DNA from: Candidatus Heimdallarchaeota archaeon
Lineage (GTDB): Archaea > Asgardarchaeota > Heimdallarchaeia > Heimdallarchaeales > Heimdallarchaeaceae
NCBI GenBank assembly: GCA_030668825.1
Contig: DAOVET010000038.1
Span: 1-22,130, forward strand
Length of the DNA stretch: 22,130 nt
Reading direction: 5' to 3'
The notes under the pieces are model-generated. The model was not told where the DNA came from. It worked only from the letters and a program-made list of their open reading frames with translations, and made no database searches. Of this stretch, positions 1 to 8,552 are shown piece after piece. The translations under genes were made by a program, and so were the position numbers. Positions within the stretch are counted from its first letter, which is position 1; every line of letters begins with the position of its first letter.

Positions 1-37
1 TGAAATGTCGCAGAGAAAGAATTGGAAAATGGTTGTT

Positions 38-163
38 CTAATAGTTTTTATTTGTGCAGTAATAACAGCTTTTGAAATCCAGCTCATCCTTCTGAAAATA
101 AATGTGATTTTTTGATTTGATGTGTACACATTTTGATACACATATTTTTGTTTTTGAACTCAT
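38..163 (-). CDS. Possible 41-aa Cys-rich microprotein (putative zinc binder)
   Basis: Manual translation MSSKTKICVSKCVHIKSKNHIYFQKDELDFKSCYYCTNKNY*, with CxxxC...CxxC. SD-like GCGTGAG lies upstream. Not in the ORF track. Confidence 0.3.
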   Translation of the reverse strand: MSSKTKICVSKCVHIKSKNHIYFQKDELDFKSCYYCTNKNY

Positions 164-188
164 CTCGTTTTCTCACGCCAGAAACGAT

Positions 189-202
189 GAAAAAGTTAAA
201 TA
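189..202 (+). promoter_or_regulatory. Putative BRE/TATA promoter for 267..1121
   Basis: GAAAAA-GTTAAATA, 65 nt upstream of the ATG. Confidence 0.4.
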
Positions 203-266
203 ATCAGTTAATCGTAGAACATCAAGATAGACTGTCAAATACGAGTGCTAATCAAGAGTTGTAGAT

Positions 267-1121
267 ATGACGAAAGAAACCATATTCAAGTATATCTCAT
301 CAGATGAAATAATTTCTGTCCTATCTACTACTAGTAAAACAGTAATAAAGAAACCAAAAGATGATCTTCAGAAGCTTCTGTTCAAGGAACTTAAGGAGAA
401 AAAAATAACCAGTACAAAGATTCGAAATTTCTGGTCTAAAGCAATAGAAAATCAGTTTTTTGAAGAATTTCAACGTGTTTATTTATTTACCCCTGTCACA
501 AAGTACAATACTTCAACTAAGCTAAAAAATGAATTAATCAACAAGTCCAAAAAATTGAAAGAAGAGAGTGGTTTGAAATTCAGTAATAGTTACATTTCCA
601 AATTGAATTCATCACCATTGCACTTTGTATATATGTTTGGTTTCAAAGAACTTCAAGATCAAAATGATTTAATGAAGTTACCTTTGGATTCGCTTATGTT
701 TCTCTCAATTTTACCAGAGTTAGGTATAGCTATTTGTCCTGCATGTGAAAAAACTAAAAAGCATAAGTTCATTGTAGATCTTCTCAAAACTACTTTTGCT
801 AATGCCGCTGAACTCAAAGTTAATGCGCTTTTACTTAGAAAATATGCAACACAGGAGACCATAACCAAATTAAGCATAGCTACTCCTCAAGAGATAGCAG
901 GATTTGCTGGACTTGATGTTATTGAGTTTAAAGGGCCAAATGTGATGCTAGGTTTGTCTGGTTTGAAACGAAGACATGATGCAAATGTTGAGGTAATTAC
1001 AAGAGTAGGCCCATTTACAGAAATTGAATCTGATTCAATAAGATTGATGTGTGGGAAAGGTATTCATTTTAAGAAATATGCAGGACTTAATTCACTCTTA
1101 AACGCCCTTAAAATTGGTTAA
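267..1121 (+). CDS. Hypothetical protein, 284 aa; candidate CENP-N/Chl4-like (RdgC/TBP-like fold)
   Basis: Long ORF with ATG and an upstream TATA. The product assignment is speculative (see findings); the confidence refers to it being a CDS. Confidence 0.85.
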   Translation: MTKETIFKYISSDEIISVLSTTSKTVIKKPKDDLQKLLFKELKEKKITSTKIRNFWSKAIENQFFEEFQRVYLFTPVTKYNTSTKLKNELINKSKKLKEESGLKFSNSYISKLNSSPLHFVYMFGFKELQDQNDLMKLPLDSLMFLSILPELGIAICPACEKTKKHKFIVDLLKTTFANAAELKVNALLLRKYATQETITKLSIATPQEIAGFAGLDVIEFKGPNVMLGLSGLKRRHDANVEVITRVGPFTEIESDSIRLMCGKGIHFKKYAGLNSLLNALKIG

Positions 1122-1131
1122 GAGTGAATTA

Positions 1132-1145
1132 CGAAATTTTTATAC
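1132..1145 (+). promoter_or_regulatory. Putative BRE/TATA promoter of the por operon
   Basis: CGAAA-TTTTTATA in the intergenic gap before porG. Confidence 0.45.
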
Positions 1146-1220
1146 AACCTTTAATGTAATACCTAAAATATTATAATAAATGAAACAAACCTCACAGCAG
1201 AGCTGACAAGGTTAGAAGTA

Positions 1221-1775
1221 ATGATAGAAGTTATACAAATCAGTCGAGGAGGCAGTGGTGGTATTACAGGTGCAAAGATTCTAGCTGAATCTGCAATGTA
1301 TGAAGGACTAGATGCTCAAGCAATACCAAAATATGGCTCAGAGCGAAGAGGTGCAGCAGTTGAAGCTTATATAAGATTCAGCAATGCCCCTATTAGAATA
1401 CATAGTCCTGTATATGAACCAAACCATGCCATGATTTTAGATATTTCACTGCTTGACCGAATAGATATTTCTAAGGTAGACCCGAATGGAGTAATTGTAA
1501 TTAACTCCAAAAAAGTTCCTGAAGAATTGAAAGGAACTGGAAGGAAAGTAGCCTATGTAGACGCAACAGGTATTTCACAAGAGTTAGGTTTAGTTCTCAG
1601 TGGATTTACTCTAGTGAATATGACTATGTTAGGAGCTTTTGTTAAGGGAACTGAATTAATAAGTTTTGAAAACCTAGAGAAAGCTATCAGAAATTATTGG
1701 GGCGAAAAGCGCGCTCCTAAGAATGTTGAAGCTGCAAAAAGAGCTTACGAAGAAACAAAGGTGGTTAGAGCATGA
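1221..1775 (+). CDS. porG: 2-oxoacid:ferredoxin oxidoreductase gamma subunit
   Basis: SRGGSGG and YGSERRGA motifs, NMTMLGA; ATGA overlap with the delta subunit gene. Confidence 0.93.
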   Translation: MIEVIQISRGGSGGITGAKILAESAMYEGLDAQAIPKYGSERRGAAVEAYIRFSNAPIRIHSPVYEPNHAMILDISLLDRIDISKVDPNGVIVINSKKVPEELKGTGRKVAYVDATGISQELGLVLSGFTLVNMTMLGAFVKGTELISFENLEKAIRNYWGEKRAPKNVEAAKRAYEETKVVRA

Positions 1776-2044
1776 CAGAGGGACCAAGTCAACCAATATT
1801 GTACCCAATGGAAGGAGTAGCTGGAAAAACAGGTGAATGGAGAACTTTCTATCCTGTACTAGATCCAGATTTATGTATTAAATGTAATATCTGTTGGAAA
1901 TATTGTCCAGATCATGCAATTTATCCAGCTGATAGAGAAAAAGATGAACCTATAAGTTTTGATTACGATTATTGTAAGGGATGTGGCATTTGCGCTCAGG
2001 AATGTCCAAAGAGTGCAATAAAAATGGTTCCACAAGGTGAATGA
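1772..2044 (+). CDS. porD: 2-oxoacid:ferredoxin oxidoreductase delta subunit (2x[4Fe-4S])
   Basis: KTGEWRTFYP; CIKCNICWKYCP; YDYCKGCGICAQECP. Confidence 0.95.
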   Translation: MTEGPSQPILYPMEGVAGKTGEWRTFYPVLDPDLCIKCNICWKYCPDHAIYPADREKDEPISFDYDYCKGCGICAQECPKSAIKMVPQGE

Positions 2045-2045
2045 A

Positions 2046-3188
2046 ATGGTAGTTAAACAAGAAACAAAATCCATGACAGGAAATGATGCGGCATCTTATG
2101 CAGCTTTATTTGCTAAACCTGATGTTATTGCTGCATATCCGATAACGCCCCAGACGACAATTGTTGAGAATCTCAGCAGATTCGTAGATGAAGGCAAACT
2201 TGAAGCTGAGTTTATTATTGTTGAAAGTGAGCATTCTGCTCTTGCAGCATGTATGGGTGCTGCCTGGAGTGGTGTGAGAACATTCACTGCAACTTCATCT
2301 CAAGGATTATTATATATGGCTGAAAATGTCTTTTGGACAGGATATGGTCGTCTTCCAATTATTATGCCTGTAGTAAACCGTTGTCTTGCTCCTGGATGGA
2401 ACATATGGCCAGATTTTCAAGATTCGATGGCTTTCAGAGATGCAGGTTGGATACAAATGTATACTAAAAATAACCAAGAAGTTTTTGATACAACTCTTCA
2501 AGCGTTTAAGATTACTGAAAGCAAAGATATAGCACTCCCAAGTATGCCATGCTTAGATGGTTTTGTAATCAGTCATACAACAGGACAAGTAGATTTGCCA
2601 GACCCAGAGGATGCTTTTGAATTTGTAGGTCCTTATGATGATCCAGTAATTGAATTGGATGTAGAAAATCCTTGGGCTTATGGTTCAATGACTGGTCCTG
2701 ATCAATATTCAAAACACAGACGAGATTTAATGGTAGCTATGGATAGAGCTAAGAAAAAAATTATTGATGTTCATAAGGAATTTGAAGAATACTTCGGTCG
2801 TTCATATGGAAACGGATTAATTGAACCTTACGGAGATGACGAAGCAGACTTGACTTTGGTAACATTAGGAACTATAGGTGATGAAGCTCATGAAGCTATT
2901 GACAGATTGAAAGCAGAAGGTCATAGTGTCAATGCGTTAAGAGTAAGAACTTTTAGACCATTTCCAGTCGAAGATATAGTTGAATTTGCTAAAAAGAATC
3001 ATAAGCTTGTGGTTATTGATCGTGCTGTAAGTTTTGGTCATGAAGGACCTCTAAGAATTGAAGTTGAAGCAATTCTAAAAAGACACAACGTTGATACTTC
3101 AGTTTCTGGAAAGATTATGGGTCTTGGTGGTGAGGATGTTCCATATTCTGCAATTATAGATTTAGCGAAAAAGGAGCTAAAGGAGTGA
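2046..3188 (+). CDS. porA: 2-oxoacid:ferredoxin oxidoreductase alpha subunit
   Basis: AAYPITPQT, VESEHSA, TATSSQGL, DGFVISH, GLGG. Start moved to ATG 2046, 5 nt after SD GGTGA (2036-2040). Confidence 0.94.
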   Translation: MVVKQETKSMTGNDAASYAALFAKPDVIAAYPITPQTTIVENLSRFVDEGKLEAEFIIVESEHSALAACMGAAWSGVRTFTATSSQGLLYMAENVFWTGYGRLPIIMPVVNRCLAPGWNIWPDFQDSMAFRDAGWIQMYTKNNQEVFDTTLQAFKITESKDIALPSMPCLDGFVISHTTGQVDLPDPEDAFEFVGPYDDPVIELDVENPWAYGSMTGPDQYSKHRRDLMVAMDRAKKKIIDVHKEFEEYFGRSYGNGLIEPYGDDEADLTLVTLGTIGDEAHEAIDRLKAEGHSVNALRVRTFRPFPVEDIVEFAKKNHKLVVIDRAVSFGHEGPLRIEVEAILKRHNVDTSVSGKIMGLGGEDVPYSAIIDLAKKELKE

Positions 3189-3197
3189 GATGATAAA

Positions 3198-4100
3198 ATG
3201 CCAGTAACTCAAAAAGATTTAATGATAAAGCCAAAAGATGCGTTGTTGAAAGGCCATTTTGCATGTGCCGGATGCGGTTCTGCACTAGCTTTCCGTCATG
3301 CAATAGGTTCGGTCGCTGATAAAGCAGTTTTAGTAGTACCAGCAAGTTGTGCTAGTGTTTATCAAGGATCAGGAAAGGGCGTTGCTTTTAATGTTCCTAC
3401 AATAAACACAGCTTTTGCTGCAAGTGATGCAGTTGCTTCAGGAATATCTAGAGCACTGAAGAAGAAAGGAAAAGATGACTTGAAAGTTATAGTCTGGGGA
3501 GGAGATGGTAGTGCTGCAGATATTGGTATCGCAACAGAGATTGGTGCTTGTGATCGTCAAGAGAACATTCTTCATGTTATGTATTCCAACAATGTCTATG
3601 GCAATACAGGTGGTCAACGTAGTGGAGACACCATGATTGGAGCAAGAACAGCAACAACTCCTAAAGGAAATACAACTCCTAGAAAAATGGTCCCCTTTAT
3701 TATGATGGCGAATAATGCTCGTTATGTAGCAACAGCTAGTGCAGCATTTCTTGAAGACTTTGTAGAAAAATTCCAAAAAGCACTTTCTTTGGAAGGTTTC
3801 AAATTCATCCAAATTGATATAAGTTGTCCTCCTAACTGGCGTGCTGATTCTGCTCATTCTATCGAAATTTCTCGTTTAGGCGTTCAGACAGGTATTTGGC
3901 CTTTATTTGAGTGGGATCGTGAAACCAACACAGCTGTCCTCAGTCGTCCTGGGAAAAAATATGGTGACAAAGCGAACAGAAAACCCATTTCAGATTGGAC
4001 TAGCTTGCAAGGTAGATTTAGAGGTATCACTAACGAAGAATTAATTGCACTTGACGAAGATACTGAGAGACAATGGAACTTTCTTAGAAAATTCATGTAA
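3198..4100 (+). CDS. porB: 2-oxoacid:ferredoxin oxidoreductase beta subunit (TPP, [4Fe-4S])
   Basis: GHFACAGCG, ASC, GGDG...NNVYGNTGGQRS (TPP motif), SCPPNW, QGRFR; SD GGAGTGA. Confidence 0.94.
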   Translation: MPVTQKDLMIKPKDALLKGHFACAGCGSALAFRHAIGSVADKAVLVVPASCASVYQGSGKGVAFNVPTINTAFAASDAVASGISRALKKKGKDDLKVIVWGGDGSAADIGIATEIGACDRQENILHVMYSNNVYGNTGGQRSGDTMIGARTATTPKGNTTPRKMVPFIMMANNARYVATASAAFLEDFVEKFQKALSLEGFKFIQIDISCPPNWRADSAHSIEISRLGVQTGIWPLFEWDRETNTAVLSRPGKKYGDKANRKPISDWTSLQGRFRGITNEELIALDEDTERQWNFLRKFM

Positions 4101-4191
4101 TCATGTAAGACAGAATCTTTTCTTTCTTACACTTCCATTACCCTCATCGATTGTTTTAATAACTCTGATTCAACTTTTTTTACTGACTGAC

Positions 4192-4833
4192 TTGACAGAG
4201 ACGAATACGTTGGATGAGCTATACCAATTGATATATGGATTCATAGAAAGTGCTATTCAGCTGAAGAGATTGCCGAGACAAGGGTGGATTAGGGTTGGTA
4301 TCTCTCTTTCAGATGTCGAAAGCATCGCCGACCATGCTTATAATACCACCATGCTATCATTACTTCTTTGTGATCTTCATAATGCTCTTTATCCTGAAGA
4401 AACTCTTAATACAGAAGTTGTAATGAGAATTGCTATAATTCATGATTTACCTGAATGCCAGTATCAAGATTTTGATAAACAAATCGAAATTCTTCTTGGT
4501 CAAGATAAATACCAGCAGTTCAAAAGCCAGTTATTAACAACCGCAAGTACTGAACTTCTCTCTTTAATTTTGAATGAAGAAGTCAAAAAACTGTGGAAAG
4601 AATCATTCGTTGAATTGCAAAATAAAGAATCGAAAGAAGCAATGTTTGTTTCATATATTGATAAGGTTGAATTACTAGTTCAAGCTATTTCTTATGAATC
4701 TCTTGGGTATCAATCATCACTTTTTGATAGTTTTTGGGAAACATCTAGCAAATACCTCGAAAAATGCACTTTTGAGGTCATAAATGACCTTTTACCCATT
4801 TTAGAAGAAGAAAGAACACGATTAAGTGAGTAA
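4192..4833 (+). CDS. HD-domain 5'-deoxynucleotidase-like protein (YfbR/HDDC2 family)
   Basis: LKRLPRQGW, ESIADH, IHDLPE, DKVELLVQA. Probable TTG start at 4192 (or 4210); the track start at 4045 overlaps porB. Confidence 0.85.
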   Translation: MTETNTLDELYQLIYGFIESAIQLKRLPRQGWIRVGISLSDVESIADHAYNTTMLSLLLCDLHNALYPEETLNTEVVMRIAIIHDLPECQYQDFDKQIEILLGQDKYQQFKSQLLTTASTELLSLILNEEVKKLWKESFVELQNKESKEAMFVSYIDKVELLVQAISYESLGYQSSLFDSFWETSSKYLEKCTFEVINDLLPILEEERTRLSE

Positions 4834-4903
4834 AACTTAAAATTATCAATTCTCTTTCTAAATACTATAGACACATATAGGACTATCAATCAGTTTATTA
4901 AAT

Positions 4904-4917
4904 GGAAAAGTTATAAG
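4904..4917 (+). promoter_or_regulatory. Putative BRE/TATA promoter
   Basis: GGAAAA-GTTATAAG upstream of the ATG at 4987. Confidence 0.45.
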
Positions 4918-4986
4918 ATAAATAGGTTTGGTAGCTGTTATTAGAGGGTTCTTTAAACAAAAGAATTATAGATAGAAAGTGATTAA

Positions 4987-6168
4987 ATGAGCGGCGCAGA
5001 TAAGTACCAGGAATTGAAAATATCTCCCTTTCATGTACCTTTTCTGCGAGATTTAGGAATTAAAACTGTTTCAATGATACAGTTTGACATTATTTTTGGT
5101 CCTGTGTGTTATATCAAAGAATTGTCCCGATCTATTTTCGGTGAAAAATTAAAAGATGTTAGTTCACTTGCTGAAATATACACAGGTTTTGCTAGAACTA
5201 ATGCAGATGTTATCACAAGCCTTGAAGAAAGAGTTGTTATAGGTCGTTATATCTCTATACAAGAAGAAGTTGAACAAATAGTTGTTTTGTTATTTGTTTG
5301 CGTCCCATCAGCAAATCTAGATAAGCTGGCTAAATATGCAAGATCCCTTTCTGAAAGAACTCAGGGAAGACCACAGTTATTTGATGATGCTTTAACCCAG
5401 CTAATAGATGCAGAAAAATCCGCTGCTTATAAAATCCCATTATCTAAGAATGGCAACACAATGAAAGGATTGGTTATCAACGATAAGTCTGAAGTCACAG
5501 GGAATGAATTAAATAATTTCCATGGGTTTTTGTTTATTCCATATCATAAAGGAACGATGGATGGACGATTCTTCCCTAAGATGATAGATGGTAAAAGAAT
5601 CGAATTCGCACATCTTTTCAAATTTATTGATATTCAAAAGAATGAAGCTGATCTCAGGGAAGGGGATTTAATAAGTCTTTACTACAAAGGTTTGGAACTA
5701 CTCGTTTACAGACATCTTAAGAAAGATGCCTTGATGGTAGGAGCTAAAAAACCTCAAAGCAAAATAAATTACTCCTATCTGGATGATTGGTTTACAATTC
5801 TGTTTAACTCTTACATAAATATTCCAGGAGAAAGTAAAGTAAAATCAACTTTAGAAGCAATTTCATATCTAGATAAAAATATCTCAAAGCAACCTAAGAA
5901 ATTTATCGTAACAGAAATTATGGATTTAATTATAAATTCTGAAGATGATTATCCTGAATTGTCTGAAACACCCAAAAATCTCCAAGAAAAAGGATCGATT
6001 ACACTTAATCAGAAATTCCAACTATTTTTGGAAAATCTATCTCTTCTTAAAGGAAATACTTCAATTCATACAATAAGTCAAGATTTATCTGTACCTATAT
6101 CTTCAGTAGTCGAATTTATCATTTTCTTAAAATCTAGAGGTTTTGTTGACGTTTACAGAAGAAAATAA
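4987..6168 (+). CDS. Longin/uDENN-like plus C-terminal winged-helix protein (NPRL2-like)
   Basis: N-terminal MIQFDIIFGP fits the F[DH]xxxGP longin signature, followed by LLFVC. C-terminal LLKGNTSIHTISQDLSVP...FLKSRGFV fits a wHTH pattern. SD-like AAGTGA. Confidence 0.65.
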   Translation: MSGADKYQELKISPFHVPFLRDLGIKTVSMIQFDIIFGPVCYIKELSRSIFGEKLKDVSSLAEIYTGFARTNADVITSLEERVVIGRYISIQEEVEQIVVLLFVCVPSANLDKLAKYARSLSERTQGRPQLFDDALTQLIDAEKSAAYKIPLSKNGNTMKGLVINDKSEVTGNELNNFHGFLFIPYHKGTMDGRFFPKMIDGKRIEFAHLFKFIDIQKNEADLREGDLISLYYKGLELLVYRHLKKDALMVGAKKPQSKINYSYLDDWFTILFNSYINIPGESKVKSTLEAISYLDKNISKQPKKFIVTEIMDLIINSEDDYPELSETPKNLQEKGSITLNQKFQLFLENLSLLKGNTSIHTISQDLSVPISSVVEFIIFLKSRGFVDVYRRK

Positions 6169-6271
6169 TTTTTAGAAGTCTAAATATATCGAGTGAGAGT
6201 AACGATAGAAATTAAAATACTTATTGCATTTTAGTAGTATAAACAATCGAATTGTTAGATTGGTGACCCAG

Positions 6272-7273
6272 ATGAATAAATTCCCTCTTTCATTTGAATC
6301 TTCTGAAGAAGAAGTATCTAAAAACCTCAATAATCTGCTAAAATTGTCAGCGTTCAAAGCTTCTGATATGCTAAAGGATATAGGTGTTTATGAAATTTTG
6401 AATCGTCCTAGATCGCCAGAAGAAATCTTTCACATGTTAAATTTCAATTCTTTAGATGAAGAATTTGTTAAGATTTTTGATTTACTAGCTAATCAAGAAT
6501 TATTGACTAAACAAGGTGAATTCTATGGTGATAGTCCAAGAAGAGAATATTTGGAATTAACTTTTAAAGATGATATTAAGGCACTAAATAACGGACTTCT
6601 TTCTCCATTCATTAGTTTCTTTGATAATTCGATTCAAAAATACAAAGCAATATTAAAAGGTGAACAAGGCAAACTCACTGAAAAGGATCTTACACAAACT
6701 TTGGATTCCTTGCATAGTACAGAATTCTTCTTTTTAATAAGGGATTTATTTTTTAAAAGTCTTAAGCTTAGAATGCCTTTATTTGACATTAAGGAAACAA
6801 TACAAGTTTTTATTTGGGGAAATGGTTCTGGTTATAATTCGTTACATTTTGCAGATTTCTTCGGAGAAAAAGTTAACATTCTTAGTGTTGAACCTGCTAA
6901 TTCGCTTTACAGATGCAATGTACTACAAGATTTGTATGAAATCTATAATGTCAAATTTGTTGTGAGAGAAGAGTTTCAACTTTCTGAAATTAAGGATTCG
7001 ATAGATCTCTATCTCGGATCAAAATTCATATTCCAGAATGACTTGAAAGAATATATTCAAACTCTACAAGCAGTACTTAACCCTGATGGATATTTCGCTT
7101 TCCAAATGATTCCTGAACTTTCCTTTGCTTTAGATTGGATATTAAGTATTTATGGACCTTATTTCTTCAACTTGGAAAAAGATTCCCATATGGCAAATCT
7201 AAAACATCATGGGATATCAAGAGAAAAATATATCGGGTTGGATAATAGTTTTGTATTAATGCGGAAAACGTAA
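6272..7273 (+). CDS. Divergent class I SAM-dependent methyltransferase-like protein with N-terminal helical/HTH region
   Basis: VFIWGNGSG (motif I-like), LSVEP (motif II), SIDLY, LNPDGYF. Start at ATG 6272 after SD GGTGA. Confidence 0.65.
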   Translation: MNKFPLSFESSEEEVSKNLNNLLKLSAFKASDMLKDIGVYEILNRPRSPEEIFHMLNFNSLDEEFVKIFDLLANQELLTKQGEFYGDSPRREYLELTFKDDIKALNNGLLSPFISFFDNSIQKYKAILKGEQGKLTEKDLTQTLDSLHSTEFFFLIRDLFFKSLKLRMPLFDIKETIQVFIWGNGSGYNSLHFADFFGEKVNILSVEPANSLYRCNVLQDLYEIYNVKFVVREEFQLSEIKDSIDLYLGSKFIFQNDLKEYIQTLQAVLNPDGYFAFQMIPELSFALDWILSIYGPYFFNLEKDSHMANLKHHGISREKYIGLDNSFVLMRKT

Positions 7274-7300
7274 AAAAAAGAGAAGCATTATTTTTTCTTC
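7272..7300. terminator. Probable bidirectional oligo-T terminator zone
   Basis: Convergent gene ends with an A-run (T-run on the minus strand) at 7272-7279 and a T-run at 7291-7296. Confidence 0.4.
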
Positions 7301-8427
7301 TCTATAGGAAGTTCAGATTTTCTAGCTAATTCAGGTACAATTTGTAAGAATGGTAGTATCGCATTGGCTATTGAAGAAAAAGCATCTTCCTTGTTTCCTG
7401 TTATTATCATTTTGTCTATTTCCAAATTCTGATAAATTTCTGGCAGTTTTTCTATTATCATTTCTTGGAATAAACGACCATCAGCTTTGGCTAGAGCTTC
7501 TATTCTCTTAAGAATACCTTCTGCTTCAGCCTTTTTAGCTTCTCGAATAGCAGCAGCATCACCCCTAGCTCTAGATTCCATTTCAAATTGTTTAGCTTCA
7601 GCTAATTGTTTGATTTTTTGAGCTTCAGCTTTGGCCTCAATTTCTATTTTTGTTTGATAAGTTAGTGCTTCAATTTCTGTACGTTTCCTTTCTAATTCTT
7701 GAACTGCTATTTCCTTATCCTTTTCTTTGGATTCAACTTCTAAGCCTACTTCTTGCTGTTCGACGCCTACTTTTCTACTAACTTCTAAATCTCTAATTTT
7801 AGTAATTTCTTCCATTTCGGCGTTTTTTAATCGAGCAAGTTTTTCTTGTTCAATCTTCATTATTGCACTTACGTTTGCTTTAAGACTTGGATCAATGATT
7901 TCAATATCCCTGATTTCACAGCTTTCTACAAGCATACCCCAATCTTTGGTTAAGGAATATAATTCCTTAGTAACTGCTTCAATAATTGCTTGTCTGTCTC
8001 GAATGATTTTTTCAAGAGCCATGTTTGCACATGTTGTTCGAATAATACTTTCTGCTGCATTTTTAATGATGTTTTCAATATAAGCATCAGAGGCTTTATC
8101 CCAAGAAGTTCTTGAGAAAGCTACCTCTGGATCAATTACTCGCCAGAAGACAAAGGCGGTAACTGAAATCTCTTGGAATTCTCTAGACAATACTTTTTCT
8201 TTAGCTTCTAAAAAGGTTGATTGTGTCGTAACTGGTACCACACGAACCTCATCTATCAAAGGAATTGTTACAGCTTTCCCTCCAATTCCAGCTTTGATGA
8301 CTTTCCCATTTCGAAAATGTATCATGTAAACATCTGAAGTAAATTTCCTATAACGAGATGCATAAAATAATACGAATAATACTAATACTATTGCTAACCC
8401 TACTGGTATCCATATCCATCATATCAT
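7288..8427 (-). CDS. SPFH/flotillin family protein; in-frame TGA at codon 3
   Basis: SPFH domain (FWRVIDPEVAF, WGMLVESCEIRDIEI) plus EA-rich coiled coil (AEAQ, AEAK, AEAEG). The frame is open upstream of the track start (8325) through a TM helix to TGA 8421-8419. ATG 8427 has SD GAGGGT. Confidence 0.85.
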
Positions 8428-8530
8428 TGTATTTTGACCCTCATTTCTTAGGTGTTTAAAATACTAACATGGATGCTTTTTAACCTATCTAAATGAAGAT
8501 TTTTGTAGTTTTGCACTAAATAACTATCTC

Positions 8531-8550
8531 AAAAACAAAAAAAGAGAGGA
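8531..8550 (-). terminator. Oligo-T terminator after the NfeD-like gene
   Basis: Minus strand TCCTCTCTTTTTTTGTTTTT just after the stop codon. Confidence 0.45.
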
Positions 8551-8552
8551 TT

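Noticed and set aside
4045-4191. Hydrophobic N-terminal extension of the HD protein
   Set aside because: It overlaps porB and its T-rich terminator-like region; HD-family similarity starts after about 4210.
6224-6271. TTG start of the methyltransferase-like ORF
   Set aside because: ATG 6272 has a canonical GGTGA SD.
8419-8421. TGA as selenocysteine, or as evidence of a TGA=Trp genetic code
   Set aside because: The context is a Trp-rich TM start, not a redox site, and no SECIS was recognised. TGA terminates porG, porD, porA and sdhB at their expected ends.
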